Source: a bacterium
GTDB taxonomy: Bacteria; UBA8248
Direction of reading: 5' to 3'
Assembly: GCA_965200245.1 (NCBI GenBank)
Contig: CBDATS010000004.1
Span: 320,001 to 384,000, forward strand
DNA length: 64,000 bases
Positions 54,066-64,000 of the stretch are shown here, piece after piece; position 1 is the stretch's first letter; every line of letters starts with the position of its first letter. The notes below the pieces were generated by a model. That model had not been told where the DNA came from and did not search any database. It saw only the letters and a list, made by a program, of their open reading frames with translations. The translations under genes and the position numbers were made by a program.

Positions 54066-56429
54066 TCAGTCGCGATTGAACCCCTGTTTCCCCGCGCGGT
54101 TATCCCTCGCCCGCTTCCCTTTCATCAGGAACGCGCCCAGGGCGGGCAGGAGCGCGATTGCACCCACCATATTGACCAGAAACATGAACGAGAGCACCGT
54201 GCCCATGTCCGCCTGTAGCTTGAGCGGCGCGAATATCCAGGTCGCCACCCCCATCGCCAGCGTGAGGCCGGTAAGCACCACGCCCGCTCCTGTGGTAGAG
54301 AGGGTACGCTCATACGCCTCGGCGAAATCGAGTCCATCTCTCATATGGGCGAGCAGCCGCCCGCAGATGTAAATCCCGTAATCCACGCCGATGCCGACCC
54401 CCAACGCCACCACCGGCAGGGTGGAGACCTTGAGGCCGATTTCCAGAAACGCCATCAGTGCGTAGGCAAGGAGCGAAACAAGCGCCAGGGGCGCGATGAT
54501 GCAGACAGTTGCCGCCACGGAACGGAACGAGAGAAGGCACAGCAGGATGACCGCCGCAAAGACGTAGCCCAGCATCGGGAACTGCGATGCTTCTATCTCC
54601 TCGTTTGTCGCCGCCATCACGCCGACGTTCCCTGCGGCGAGGCGGAATGCGATCTGTTCGTCGTGCTCCGCTGTGTTGAACGCCTTTACTGCGGAGACGA
54701 CCCGGCGGATTGTCTGCGCCTTGTGGTCGGCGGTGTAAATGAGTACGGGCATCGCCGAGCAGTCTCCGTTCAGCAGTCCCGTGCTCGTCGGCACGAGGGA
54801 GACTGACTCGGCGAACGCGTGTCGGTTTCGCGGCAGCGCGCGCCACTTGAGGTTGCCCTCGTTCCAGCCCGCGTTCAGCTTGCGGACGATGCCGGGGAGC
54901 GCGACCACCGAGCGCACGCCCTCCACGTTGCGCATGCGCCACTCGAACTCGTCGATCAGGCGCATCACCCTGTAATCCACACAGCCTTGCGGTATGGTCT
55001 CCACGATCACCGTCAACACGTCCACGCCGATGTTGAATCGATCGACGATGGCGGCGGTATCGAGGTTGTAGGTGGAGTGCGCGCGCAATTCGGGTACTCC
55101 CTGGTGCTGATCGCCCACGCGCACCTCCGGTGCGTAACGCACCCCGAAAGCGAGCAGGGCAACGGCGACGGCTATCGTCGCAATTGCGGGTCGCGGCCGG
55201 GCCGCCTGTGCCGCGCGCTTCCAGAAACCTTCCAGAAGTCCGGGTGAAACCTTGTCTTCCCCCTTCCCTTCTCCCTTGAGATAGGAAAGCGCAACGGGCA
55301 AAAGCCCCAGATTCGTCAGGATGATCGCCGCCACGCCCAGGCTCGCGGTGACGGCGACCTCCTGGATGACGCGCACGGGAATGAGCGCGATGGCCACGAA
55401 ACCAATGGCGTCTGACGCCAGAGCCACCGCGCCCGGCAGCAGCAGCCTGCGAAAGCTCGTCCGAGCGGCGCTCAGACCGCCACCCCCTTCGGTCTGGACC
55501 CCGTTCACCATCTGCACCCCGTGGCTCACCCCGATGGCAAAGACCAGAAACGGCACCAGGATCGACATGGGGTCGACGCCGAAACCCAGGCCCGCGAGCG
55601 CGCCGAGCTGCCAGACGACCGCCACGAGAGAGCACGCAAGCGGCATCGCCGTGAGACGGAGCGATCGGGTGTAGGCGTATACGAAAAGCGCGGTGATCAC
55701 CACGGCGAGTCCGAAGAACAGGAGCACCTGGGCTGCGCCTTCTGCGATCTCGCCCACGACTTTCGCGAAACCGATGATGTGGACGTTCGCCACACCGCCG
55801 GCTTCTGCGTCACGGCGTATGACCTCGAGCACCCGCGCGACTTCCAGGTAGTCGAGCCGCTCGCCTGTGTCGGGGTGAAACTCCTGAAGTCTCGCGCTCA
55901 CGAGCGCACCCGAGAAATCATTCGCCACCAGCCGCCCCACGATGCCCGCCTTGATGATGTTCTCACGTACCCGCGCGAGACCTGCTTTCGTAGGCCGAAA
56001 ATCCGGGGGCAGCACGTTGCCCGCGACGATGCCGTCCTCGACCACTTCGTTGTAGCGCACGTTCGGCGTCACCACGGAATAGACCTGTGTGCGGTCGACA
56101 CCTGGCAAGAAAAATACGGCGTCATTCACCTTCTGGAGAAGCGCGAAGAACTCCGGCGTGAAGATGTCGCCCTTGCGTGCCACGAGAGCTACCGCTACGC
56201 GGTCGGCACCACCGAACGCTGCACGATGCTTGACGAAGGTGCGCATATACTCGTGTTCGAGCGGGATCAGCTTGGTGAAACCCGCATCGACGCGAAGCCC
56301 CGAGGCCAGCCAGGCCATCGCCAGCGTGAGGATCAGAAACGCCGCGAGCACCCACCCACGGCGCGAGAACAGCGCGCGCTCGAGCCAGGCCGCGACGGCA
56401 GACGTTTCGGGAGAGGAAGCGTCCGTCAT
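54066..56429 (-). CDS. RND/MMPL family transporter
   Basis: Two-repeat topology; PFLVFAIGVSHGVQ and GVGIGVDYGIY. Confidence 0.9.
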   Translation of the reverse strand: MTDASSPETSAVAAWLERALFSRRGWVLAAFLILTLAMAWLASGLRVDAGFTKLIPLEHEYMRTFVKHRAAFGGADRVAVALVARKGDIFTPEFFALLQKVNDAVFFLPGVDRTQVYSVVTPNVRYNEVVEDGIVAGNVLPPDFRPTKAGLARVRENIIKAGIVGRLVANDFSGALVSARLQEFHPDTGERLDYLEVARVLEVIRRDAEAGGVANVHIIGFAKVVGEIAEGAAQVLLFFGLAVVITALFVYAYTRSLRLTAMPLACSLVAVVWQLGALAGLGFGVDPMSILVPFLVFAIGVSHGVQMVNGVQTEGGGGLSAARTSFRRLLLPGAVALASDAIGFVAIALIPVRVIQEVAVTASLGVAAIILTNLGLLPVALSYLKGEGKGEDKVSPGLLEGFWKRAAQAARPRPAIATIAVAVALLAFGVRYAPEVRVGDQHQGVPELRAHSTYNLDTAAIVDRFNIGVDVLTVIVETIPQGCVDYRVMRLIDEFEWRMRNVEGVRSVVALPGIVRKLNAGWNEGNLKWRALPRNRHAFAESVSLVPTSTGLLNGDCSAMPVLIYTADHKAQTIRRVVSAVKAFNTAEHDEQIAFRLAAGNVGVMAATNEEIEASQFPMLGYVFAAVILLCLLSFRSVAATVCIIAPLALVSLLAYALMAFLEIGLKVSTLPVVALGVGIGVDYGIYICGRLLAHMRDGLDFAEAYERTLSTTGAGVVLTGLTLAMGVATWIFAPLKLQADMGTVLSFMFLVNMVGAIALLPALGAFLMKGKRARDNRAGKQGFNRD

Positions 56430-56439
56430 ATGGAAGGGG

Positions 56440-57414
56440 CTATTCCGCCCTGAGCATGCGCCTGACTCCGAACTCGCCGAGCAGCAATATCCGCCCGCCG
56501 GGCAGGGCGAGCGCTTTCGATATTCCCAGGCGGGAAGTCAGCGGCTTGAAGGCCGCGTGTGTCGATACCCTGCGCCCGCCGTCGCGGCTTACGAACAGGA
56601 CGCCTTCCAGACCTGTGACAAGCATCAGGTCGGGCTCCACGAGCAGTGCCCCCGTGAGGGTCGCCTTCGTCTGTGTACGAACTCGGATCCAGCTTTCGCC
56701 CCCGTTTTCGGTGCGATACATGCTGCCCCTGAGACCGAACAGCAACAATCGCTCCGCATCGAGCGCGAGTGCGGAGAACCACGAACCCGTGTAGGGCGAA
56801 GACAGCCTGCGCCAGGTGTCGCCGCCGTCGTCGCTTCGGTAGATCGATCCTGCTTCACCTGCGATGAACAGACGCGAAGGCCCTGCAGGAACGATGACGT
56901 TCAGGTGAAAATCGTCCTTGTCGATGGTTCGCGGCTTCCAGGTGCGCCCGCCATCGGTGGTGCCCAGAAAATAGCCGTACGCCCCCACGGCGAAGCCCAC
57001 CCGCTCGTCCCGGAACCAGACGTCGAGCAGGGGGCGTTCTTCTTCGGGCGCGTGATGCGCCACGCTCCAGTTCAACCCGCCGTCCCCGGTGCGCAGCACA
57101 AGCCCGTCGTGACCGACAGCCCAGCCGATGCGCGCATCGTGCATGTGCACCGCCGTAAGCAGTGCGCGCACGGGCACACGGGACTGCCGCCAGTTGGCAC
57201 CACCATCAGCGGAAACCAGCACATGGCCGCGCTCGCCAACCACCACGACGCGAGATCCTGCGAACGCGCCGTCAGTCAGCAGGGATTTCGGGGCGAGCCG
57301 TGCCTTGATGGCCGGCTGCGCGCCCGCCGCTCCGAAGGAAAGCAGGCAGGCGAGAAAGCCGGGAAGGAGGCTTCGCCGCAGTCTTTCGGAAATTCCAGAT
57401 GCCCTGTGCTTCAT
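56440..57414 (-). CDS. YCF48-like BNR-repeat beta-propeller protein
   Basis: Repeated S/T.DGG..W Asp-boxes; VGERG and GWAVGHDG. Confidence 0.9.
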   Translation of the reverse strand: MKHRASGISERLRRSLLPGFLACLLSFGAAGAQPAIKARLAPKSLLTDGAFAGSRVVVVGERGHVLVSADGGANWRQSRVPVRALLTAVHMHDARIGWAVGHDGLVLRTGDGGLNWSVAHHAPEEERPLLDVWFRDERVGFAVGAYGYFLGTTDGGRTWKPRTIDKDDFHLNVIVPAGPSRLFIAGEAGSIYRSDDGGDTWRRLSSPYTGSWFSALALDAERLLLFGLRGSMYRTENGGESWIRVRTQTKATLTGALLVEPDLMLVTGLEGVLFVSRDGGRRVSTHAAFKPLTSRLGISKALALPGGRILLLGEFGVRRMLRAE

Positions 57415-58769
57415 CTCCTGCCCATGCGACGCAGGGCCGAGGGGAGGAAATCCTTTTCAGAATAGGTCGTGGAGTTGATGCTCATGGGATATTCGTTGTT
57501 CAGACCCAGCGCGAGGTAGCGACCGGCCTGCAAATCGGTGTGCACCTCAAGGGTATAGCCCATCAGGGGTATTTCGTAATAGTTGATGACATGGCCTTCC
57601 GACACGCGCCAGAGCTGGTCCCGGTTGTCGTAGATATCGACGAGCAGGATCATCCACGAATCCTCATCCACGTAGAAGCGCCGTTTCTTGTAGAGGTGAC
57701 GCGCTCCTTCCTTGAGCGTCGCCTCGACCACCCAGACGCGGTGCAGTTCGTAGCGCAGATACTTCGGGTTGACGTGCAAGGGTTTCAAGACGTCGGCGAA
57801 TGTAATCTTGTCGCTGTGGAGCTTGTAGCTGTTGTAGGGCACGTACATCTCGCGCTTGCCGAGAAGTTTCCAGTCGTAGCGGTCGAGCGCGCCGTTGAAC
57901 ATGTCGAACTGATCGCTCGTGCGCAGTCCGTCTGAGGCGGTTCCGGGGTTGTCATAGGCGACGTTGGGCGCGCGCCGCACCCGTCGCTGGCCAGGATTGT
58001 ACACCCAGGCGTGCCGTGGCTCGGCGACCTGGTTGAGCGTCTCGTGTGCCAGCAGAATCCGTCCTGCGAGGCGCGCAGGTGCCGCGACCTTCTGGCGGTA
58101 GAGAATCATCCGGTTGTCGAGTTTCGCCTCCGTCATGCCCGGCAGGGAATAGCGCCCGACAAATGCGTCCTCAAACCTCACGAGTGTATAGTCGCCGCTC
58201 CGTGTGACGGCGGCCTGTCCGATGACACGCGTGGTGGCCTCGCCACGGTAACGCAGCAGGTGATTCCAGATCACCTGCTCGCCGTTTTTGGGAATCGGGA
58301 AGGGGAGCCCGATCACGGCTCCCGTCACGCCGCTGCCCCCTGCCACGAGTTTCGCGGTGGTGGCGACGCGGCGGGTGGCGTCGTAGATGCGCTTCGGGTA
58401 TGTGGCGCTGCGGCGAGTCGGATAGACTGGAAGCCTGAGCGTCGGGTAGGTCTCCACCATCTTCTGGAGCCCGGCGGAGAGTTTTCCCCGATATTTGTCG
58501 AGGTTCGCGCGGGTGATGGTGAACAGAGGGTTGTCGCCGGGATAGGGGTCGGGATGGTGGTCACCATCCTTGTATCCTGCCGGCGGGCTGGTGATACCAC
58601 CCTTCCACTCCGGGATGGTGCCGCTTGCGTTGCCCGCCCGCACCGCGCCCAGAGGGGTCAGATCCTTGCCGAGTCTGGTTACCGCATCACTGGAAATCGC
58701 GGCGGAGGCGCCGGTCGCGACGAGGGTGAGGAGCATCGCGACACCGATTCTCGTTATGATTGTTTTCAT
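57411..58769 (-). CDS. DUF1329 family periplasmic protein
   Basis: LTPLGA.RAGN..GTIP.W.GG, GQRRVRRAP and YELHRVWVVEATLK. Confidence 0.92.
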   Translation of the reverse strand: MKTIITRIGVAMLLTLVATGASAAISSDAVTRLGKDLTPLGAVRAGNASGTIPEWKGGITSPPAGYKDGDHHPDPYPGDNPLFTITRANLDKYRGKLSAGLQKMVETYPTLRLPVYPTRRSATYPKRIYDATRRVATTAKLVAGGSGVTGAVIGLPFPIPKNGEQVIWNHLLRYRGEATTRVIGQAAVTRSGDYTLVRFEDAFVGRYSLPGMTEAKLDNRMILYRQKVAAPARLAGRILLAHETLNQVAEPRHAWVYNPGQRRVRRAPNVAYDNPGTASDGLRTSDQFDMFNGALDRYDWKLLGKREMYVPYNSYKLHSDKITFADVLKPLHVNPKYLRYELHRVWVVEATLKEGARHLYKKRRFYVDEDSWMILLVDIYDNRDQLWRVSEGHVINYYEIPLMGYTLEVHTDLQAGRYLALGLNNEYPMSINSTTYSEKDFLPSALRRMGRR

Positions 58770-58798
58770 GACGGTTACTCCACTTTCATCGCTATCGA

Positions 58799-60991
58799 TC
58801 AGAACAGGTATTTGACGGTGGCGGTGAAGAAATCGCGGTCGCTCGCCTGGTTGAATCTTCCGGCGCCGGCGAACATGGTGTAGCTCAAGTCGAACTGCCA
58901 GCGATTGAGATAACTCGCGCCCATCCCGAGCGTCAGCGCGATGCGATCTTCCACGAACGGCCCACCGGGGCCGGGGCTGGTGCCCTTCACGTCATGCTGG
59001 AGCGAGACGCGCGGCGAGACGTTCACCGCGCCGATGGCGCTCAGGTAATCCAGACGCGCCGCCAGACGGTAACCATAGGAAGTGGCACTTGCAAAGCGAT
59101 CCTGCGGATCCGCAGGCAGACCTGCGTGCGCACCCCCAGGCATTGAATGAAAGGGCTCCCCGCTCGTATACGTGCCAGGTCCCTCAAGGCGCAGTACGCT
59201 TCTGTCGGGCATGTCGTGTACGTACATGAGCGCCGCTTCCGCGATGAACGCCAGGCTGTTCGATCCCAACGTGGGGCCGAATACCTTGGTGGCCGTGGCC
59301 TGAATCTGGCTCACGTCACGCTCAATGTAGCCTTTGATGTACTCCTCCGGGCCGAGGCCGCCCGGAGCGACCTGATTCCGGCAATAGGAAAAGGGGCTCG
59401 TGGCGGCGCATGGTGGCCCGCCCGGAGCGGCGGCGGTGAGCGGCGTCAGGGCAGCGAAGAAAAGTTCGGCGTCGTCTATCTGCAAAGGAGTATTGATGCG
59501 GTGGGAGAGTTCTCCCTGCAGCGCCCACCCCGAGGTTCCGAGCTGGGTGTTGAAGCTCACGCCCAGGAGTTGGATGTCTTCCGGGTATTCAACAAGGTAG
59601 TTCGCCGTCTTCAAGTAACGGTCGATGGCAAGAGGACCTGCAACGGCGGCGATCTGGGCGGCGACCTGGCTGGCAACCACGCCGGGAACCCGTTCGGCAA
59701 CCTCCTGCTGGATTGCCGCCTGAATGGCCGCGGGCGGGGTGCCAGGCGGAGCAGATGCAGTGACCGCGGCGGTGACCTGCTGGGTTACCGCCGCGGTCAC
59801 CGCCGGGGTAACAGCCTGCGCAATCGCGCCTGTCGTTATGGAACCCCTGGCTACCGCCCCCAGCGCGAAGAGACCATCCGCCACACCCTGCGCAGTTCCT
59901 GTGCGTCCGCTCAGGACGGGCAGGCGGCTGTGGTAGTTCAGTAAATAGAAACCGAATTCGGTATTGTTGAGACCTTGGGCGAGGTAGCGTAATGCAACTC
60001 CCCACTGGCCCGAATCTTCTGGTTCGTTATCCGGCCCGCGGAACACGTTCAGGAAATAGGGATCGAAGTCCGGTTGCGTCTTCTGGGGCAAGGGAATCAG
60101 GGTTCCGGGCACCACAGGGCTGGGTATACGAAAACCCTGAAGGTCGGCGTTGACCGCCGCCGTGATGGGCCCGAGTCCTCGGCCGGTGTCGGGGACGGCA
60201 CCCCAGCCGAGCACGACTCTCCTCCCTCCCGCGCCTGCGAAGTCGCTCGTCGAGAAGAAACTGCCAGGCGGATCGATCTCCGTCTTGTCCCACTTCACCT
60301 GGTAGAAACCCTCCACCGAGAGAGCATCGCCCAGCACGGCCGAGACGGAGACCATCGGAACGGGCACGAGCCCGTCGCGCAACTCCGCGCCCGGCGTTCT
60401 CAGCTTGGTCACGTCGAAGGGGTTGATGACGTTGATGCTGTTCTGGATGAAGGTGCTCTCGCCCCAACTCAGAACGTGATTCCCGACGCGCAGGTCCACC
60501 GCAGCGCCACCCAAGTCGAATGAACCGGTGAGGTAGAGATCGAGGATTTCAAAGTCTTTTCCGATCAGATCCTTCGCTTCGGGCGAGAGCTCGCCCCGCG
60601 CCCTCTCGCCGCTTTGGTTCTCGAAGTCGAAAAATCCGTGCACGCGGGTGAAAGCGCCGAAGTTCCGGTAGTTCAAGTCGAGTTCTCCGATGAACTTCGA
60701 CGCGTTGCTCACGATACCGGTATCGTAGTTGAGGTTTCCGTCATCCGCGTTGACCGAGGTCGCCGTACCGCTGTTGGCGGAGCCGATCAGGTTCTTGTCT
60801 CGATCCTGGGTGCGAAAAGTGAGCCCGTGCGACAGCGTGATGTCGAGACTGCCCTCAAGTTCACCCTGCCGGAAATTCTCGGCGCCCGCGGGCGTGGCAC
60901 TCAGAACGAAGGCCAGGGCCAGTGCAAAGGCCGCAAGGCGAAACAAACGGGAGATGGGTCCGAAACCGTCCTCTTTGGAAAGGCGATTCAT
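58799..60991 (-). CDS. DUF1302 family outer-membrane protein
   Basis: NADDGNLNY, WGESTF, QWGVALRY, NYHSRLP, EYPEDI and DRDF...KY.F. Confidence 0.92.
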   Translation of the reverse strand: MNRLSKEDGFGPISRLFRLAAFALALAFVLSATPAGAENFRQGELEGSLDITLSHGLTFRTQDRDKNLIGSANSGTATSVNADDGNLNYDTGIVSNASKFIGELDLNYRNFGAFTRVHGFFDFENQSGERARGELSPEAKDLIGKDFEILDLYLTGSFDLGGAAVDLRVGNHVLSWGESTFIQNSINVINPFDVTKLRTPGAELRDGLVPVPMVSVSAVLGDALSVEGFYQVKWDKTEIDPPGSFFSTSDFAGAGGRRVVLGWGAVPDTGRGLGPITAAVNADLQGFRIPSPVVPGTLIPLPQKTQPDFDPYFLNVFRGPDNEPEDSGQWGVALRYLAQGLNNTEFGFYLLNYHSRLPVLSGRTGTAQGVADGLFALGAVARGSITTGAIAQAVTPAVTAAVTQQVTAAVTASAPPGTPPAAIQAAIQQEVAERVPGVVASQVAAQIAAVAGPLAIDRYLKTANYLVEYPEDIQLLGVSFNTQLGTSGWALQGELSHRINTPLQIDDAELFFAALTPLTAAAPGGPPCAATSPFSYCRNQVAPGGLGPEEYIKGYIERDVSQIQATATKVFGPTLGSNSLAFIAEAALMYVHDMPDRSVLRLEGPGTYTSGEPFHSMPGGAHAGLPADPQDRFASATSYGYRLAARLDYLSAIGAVNVSPRVSLQHDVKGTSPGPGGPFVEDRIALTLGMGASYLNRWQFDLSYTMFAGAGRFNQASDRDFFTATVKYLF

Positions 60992-61286
60992 CGGTCGCCC
61001 GGCACGGATGCGAAGTGTGAAGCGGCTGGAGTGAACAGGATGCATCCGAGAGCCCCCTTCTTCCGGTCAAGGTTGTTTTATTTCAGAAGTTCGCTTGTTT
61101 TTTCTGATTGAGCACCTTGCAACATATATGCAACGTTTCGTGTGAGTCAAGACAAATCAAGCGCAACGCCCCGAAAAGCGGCGTCTCGCGGGTGGAGACG
61201 ATCGCGCCGGTGAATCCAGATCACACGGCCCACAGCAACTGCGCGTGCGACCTGCCTGTGCATATGGACCGACCGGGAGAGCAGGG

Positions 61287-62360
61287 CTAGCGAACACGTT
61301 TTCCGTCTGGTTCGAAGAGATAGACGTGTGCCGGATCGAACGTGACATTCAACCGCTCGCCCGCCTTGAAGCGGTCGCTCGCCTCGACGACGGCGATGGT
61401 CGGGCGCTCGGCACCGTGCTCGAAGTAAAGCAGCGTGTCCTTGCCGAGCGGTTCGACGAGTTGGACGTCGCATGAGATGGCGGCTTCCTGGCTTCCCACC
61501 ACCACGTGCTCGGGCCGAACTCCAAGGGTGTAATCCCCGGGAACAACGCCCATGTAGGCATCGGGGAGTTTGAATTCGATGCCGTAGCCGTTGAAGGTTG
61601 CGGAGCCATTCGAGCCCTCTACCTTCCCCGGGATGAGGTTCATGGAGGGGCTGCCGAAGAAATCGGCCACGAAGTAGCTGACCGGATCATTGTAGATTTC
61701 GAGCGGCGTGCCCACCTGTTCGATGACACCCTGGCGCATCACCACGATGCGGTCGGCGAGCGTCATGGCCTCTTCCTGATCGTGCGTGACGTAGACGAAC
61801 GTTTTCTTGAGTTCCTCATGGAGCCTGTCGATCTCGGCGCGCATCTCACGGCGCAGTTTCGCATCCAGGCTGGAAAGCGGCTCGTCCAGCAGGAAGGCGG
61901 CAGGGTCGGTAATGAGGGTGCGGGCCAGGGCGGCGCGCTGCGCCTCGCCGCCCGAGCACTGGGCAGGCAGTTTGTCGAGCAGATGCCCGATGCGCACGAC
62001 ATCGGCCACCTCGCGTACGCGCCGTTTGCGCGTCTCGGGAGGCACCTTCTTCATGCGGGGCCCGAACTCGATGTTCTCCGCAACCGTCTTGTGGGGAAAC
62101 AGGGCGTGTGTCTGGAACACCATGCCGACGCCCCTGCCGCCGGGGTCAATGTCATTCACGAGCCGTCCGTCGATGGTGATGTCGCCGGCGGTGGGTTCCT
62201 CGAAGCCTGCGATCATGCGCAGGGTGGTCGTCTTCCCGCATCCCGAGGGGCCGACGATGACGACGAACTCGCCTTCCTCGATGGTGAAGTCGAGGTTCTT
62301 CACGGCCTCGATGTTCCTGCCGAATACCTTGCGTAAACCCTTGAGTTCGATTCTCGCCAT
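61287..62360 (-). CDS. CUT1 ABC ATPase (MalK/UgpC-like)
   Basis: GPSGCGKTT, LDEPLS.LD, YVTHDQEEA; TOBE-like C-terminus. Confidence 0.93.
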   Translation of the reverse strand: MARIELKGLRKVFGRNIEAVKNLDFTIEEGEFVVIVGPSGCGKTTTLRMIAGFEEPTAGDITIDGRLVNDIDPGGRGVGMVFQTHALFPHKTVAENIEFGPRMKKVPPETRKRRVREVADVVRIGHLLDKLPAQCSGGEAQRAALARTLITDPAAFLLDEPLSSLDAKLRREMRAEIDRLHEELKKTFVYVTHDQEEAMTLADRIVVMRQGVIEQVGTPLEIYNDPVSYFVADFFGSPSMNLIPGKVEGSNGSATFNGYGIEFKLPDAYMGVVPGDYTLGVRPEHVVVGSQEAAISCDVQLVEPLGKDTLLYFEHGAERPTIAVVEASDRFKAGERLNVTFDPAHVYLFEPDGKRVR

Positions 62361-62367
62361 TGTCCCC

Positions 62368-63270
62368 TTACCTTTTCACCATTCCAAAAGTGAATCCTCG
62401 CACCAAGTGTTTTCGAATGAAAATGCCGATGATCATGAGCGGCAGAGTGATGCCCACTGCCAAAGCCGCCTGGTGGCCGTAGACGCGGCCTTCGTCGGAC
62501 CCTTCGTATTTCGCCAACTGGACGGGCAGCGTCACAACGTCCACCTTGGAGAGCATGAGGGAGAGCAGATATTCGCTCCACGTCAGGATGAGGATGAACA
62601 GGAACGTCGCCACGATGCCGGAGCGTATGAGCGGGAAAATGACCTCGCGGATAGCCTGCCACTTGGTGGCACCGAGAATCTCGGCGGCCTGTTCGATCTC
62701 GACGGGCACCTCGTCCACGAAGCTCTTCGTCATCCAGACGGAATAGGGCAGCGTGGTGATGAAATAGACTATTACCAGCCCCAATGCCGTGTCCATCAAG
62801 TGGATGGCCGAGTAGTAGAGAGTGAGCGGCGCAGCCACGACGATGGGCGGAATCATTCGCAGCACGAGGAGTTGGAACATGCGCACCTCCGACAGTATCC
62901 GGTAGCGCGAAACCCCGTAGGCTAGGATCGCGCCGAAGGCGACCGAAAGTGCTGTGGCGGTGATGGCGATGGAGAGGCTGTTCCAGAGTGCCTGCCAGGG
63001 TTTGTTCGCCGAGGCCGACTCGTAGCGGGCGGTCTGCGTTTTCAACTCCGTAGCGGAGCGGGGACTCTCGGCCCTGCCCCACACGGCCTGGTAGTTGGCC
63101 CAGGATGCTTCTTCCGACCAGTAGACCGGCGGCCAGGCATGCCACTCCCAGTCGGGCTTGAACGAGGTGGAGACGATCCAGAAAATCGGAAACGCAACGA
63201 TCACCGACCATACGATAAGCATGACATAGCGGAAAATGGTGAACAGGCGCGCCTTCATGACCCGATTCAT
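62368..63270 (-). CDS. carbohydrate ABC permease (MalG-like)
   Basis: STSFK and EAA-type loop EIEQAAEILGA. Confidence 0.9.
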   Translation of the reverse strand: MNRVMKARLFTIFRYVMLIVWSVIVAFPIFWIVSTSFKPDWEWHAWPPVYWSEEASWANYQAVWGRAESPRSATELKTQTARYESASANKPWQALWNSLSIAITATALSVAFGAILAYGVSRYRILSEVRMFQLLVLRMIPPIVVAAPLTLYYSAIHLMDTALGLVIVYFITTLPYSVWMTKSFVDEVPVEIEQAAEILGATKWQAIREVIFPLIRSGIVATFLFILILTWSEYLLSLMLSKVDVVTLPVQLAKYEGSDEGRVYGHQAALAVGITLPLMIIGIFIRKHLVRGFTFGMVKR

Positions 63271-64000
63271 GCCTGACCCTCTGTGCGCGGCGCTTCATAC
63301 AGGGTGTCGAGCGCCTGTTTCTCGCGGCGCAGCACGTAGATCGCCGTAAGAACGATGAAAATCATGATAACCATGACGATGTAGGACATCGCCGCGCCCT
63401 TCGAAATGTCGAACGACACCCAGGTCGTGAAATAGAGGTAGATGGGTATCGTCTCGGTGGCGGTGCCCGGCCCTCCCTGGATGAGGCCCCATGTCTTGGG
63501 GAATTCCGCCATCGCTTCCAGGAAGCGCAGGATGAGTGCCAGGAAGATGACGGGGCGCAGGAGCGGAAGCTGTATCTCACGGAATATCTGAAAGCGGTTC
63601 GCTCCCAGGATGCGCGCGGCCTCAACGGGTTCTGTCGGCAGCGAGGAGAGGCCCGCCAGCATGATGATGAAGACGAAAGGAGTCCAGTTCCATACTTCCA
63701 GCAGGATAATCGTAAAGATGGCGAAATTCGGATTCGACAGCCAAGTAAACTTCGAAAGGTCTCCCGGCAGGAAATAACTCAAAAACCCGTTGATGGGTCC
63801 TTTTTCGTACAAGAGCATGTCGGCGGTGTAGGCAATGACCACCGGCACCGTCAGCATGGGGAGGATGAAGAGAATATAGAAGAACGCCTGTCCCCGGAAG
63901 GGTCTGTACATCAACAGCGCCAGCGCGAAACCGCAAATGAAACAACCCAGCGTCGAGAGGCCCGCGAACAGGAGCGAGCGCCCCATGGCCTTCCAGAAGC
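63267..64000 (-). CDS. carbohydrate ABC permease (MalF-like; 5' end outside window)
   Basis: W.WTPF, EAARILGA and GGPGTATET. Confidence 0.9.
   Translation of the reverse strand, partial: FWKAMGRSLLFAGLSTLGCFICGFALALLMYRPFRGQAFFYILFILPMLTVPVVIAYTADMLLYEKGPINGFLSYFLPGDLSKFTWLSNPNFAIFTIILLEVWNWTPFVFIIMLAGLSSLPTEPVEAARILGANRFQIFREIQLPLLRPVIFLALILRFLEAMAEFPKTWGLIQGGPGTATETIPIYLYFTTWVSFDISKGAAMSYIVMVIMIFIVLTAIYVLRREKQALDTLYEAPRTEGQA

Overview
Bacterial chromosomal window with a GC-rich core interrupted by three lower-GC islands of decaying defence and mobile DNA (~10.2-13.2, ~26.8-33.0, ~45.3-54.0 kb). Core genes are recJ (partial; not in the ORF track), dacB, a peptide ABC transporter, a B12-binding protein, an Fe-S oxidoreductase, an M24 enzyme, a TAXI-TRAP system, an AhpD-like protein, a sugar ABC operon, a porin, FG-GAP and TMTC-like TPR proteins, a TPP riboswitch with thiC, an LLM monooxygenase, the DUF1302-DUF1329-YCF48-RND operon and a CUT1 ABC operon. 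Highlights: (1) an RbsA/MglA-type ABC ATPase with an in-frame ~150-aa hydrophobic, probably membrane-spanning insertion inside its second NBD, close to a 1104-aa TRAP permease enlarged by apparently duplicated membrane hairpins; (2) an exported AhpC/TSA-like selenoprotein (UxxC plus a SECIS-like hairpin) split in the ORF track; (3) a probable orphan IS110/IS1111 non-coding (bridge-RNA-like) end; (4) type I R-M remnants in every island, with toxin-antitoxin cargo whose toxins are mostly broken; (5) a dispersed family of ~58-aa coiled-coil/tail-anchor microproteins. All family calls come from motif recognition by eye; no database searches were run.
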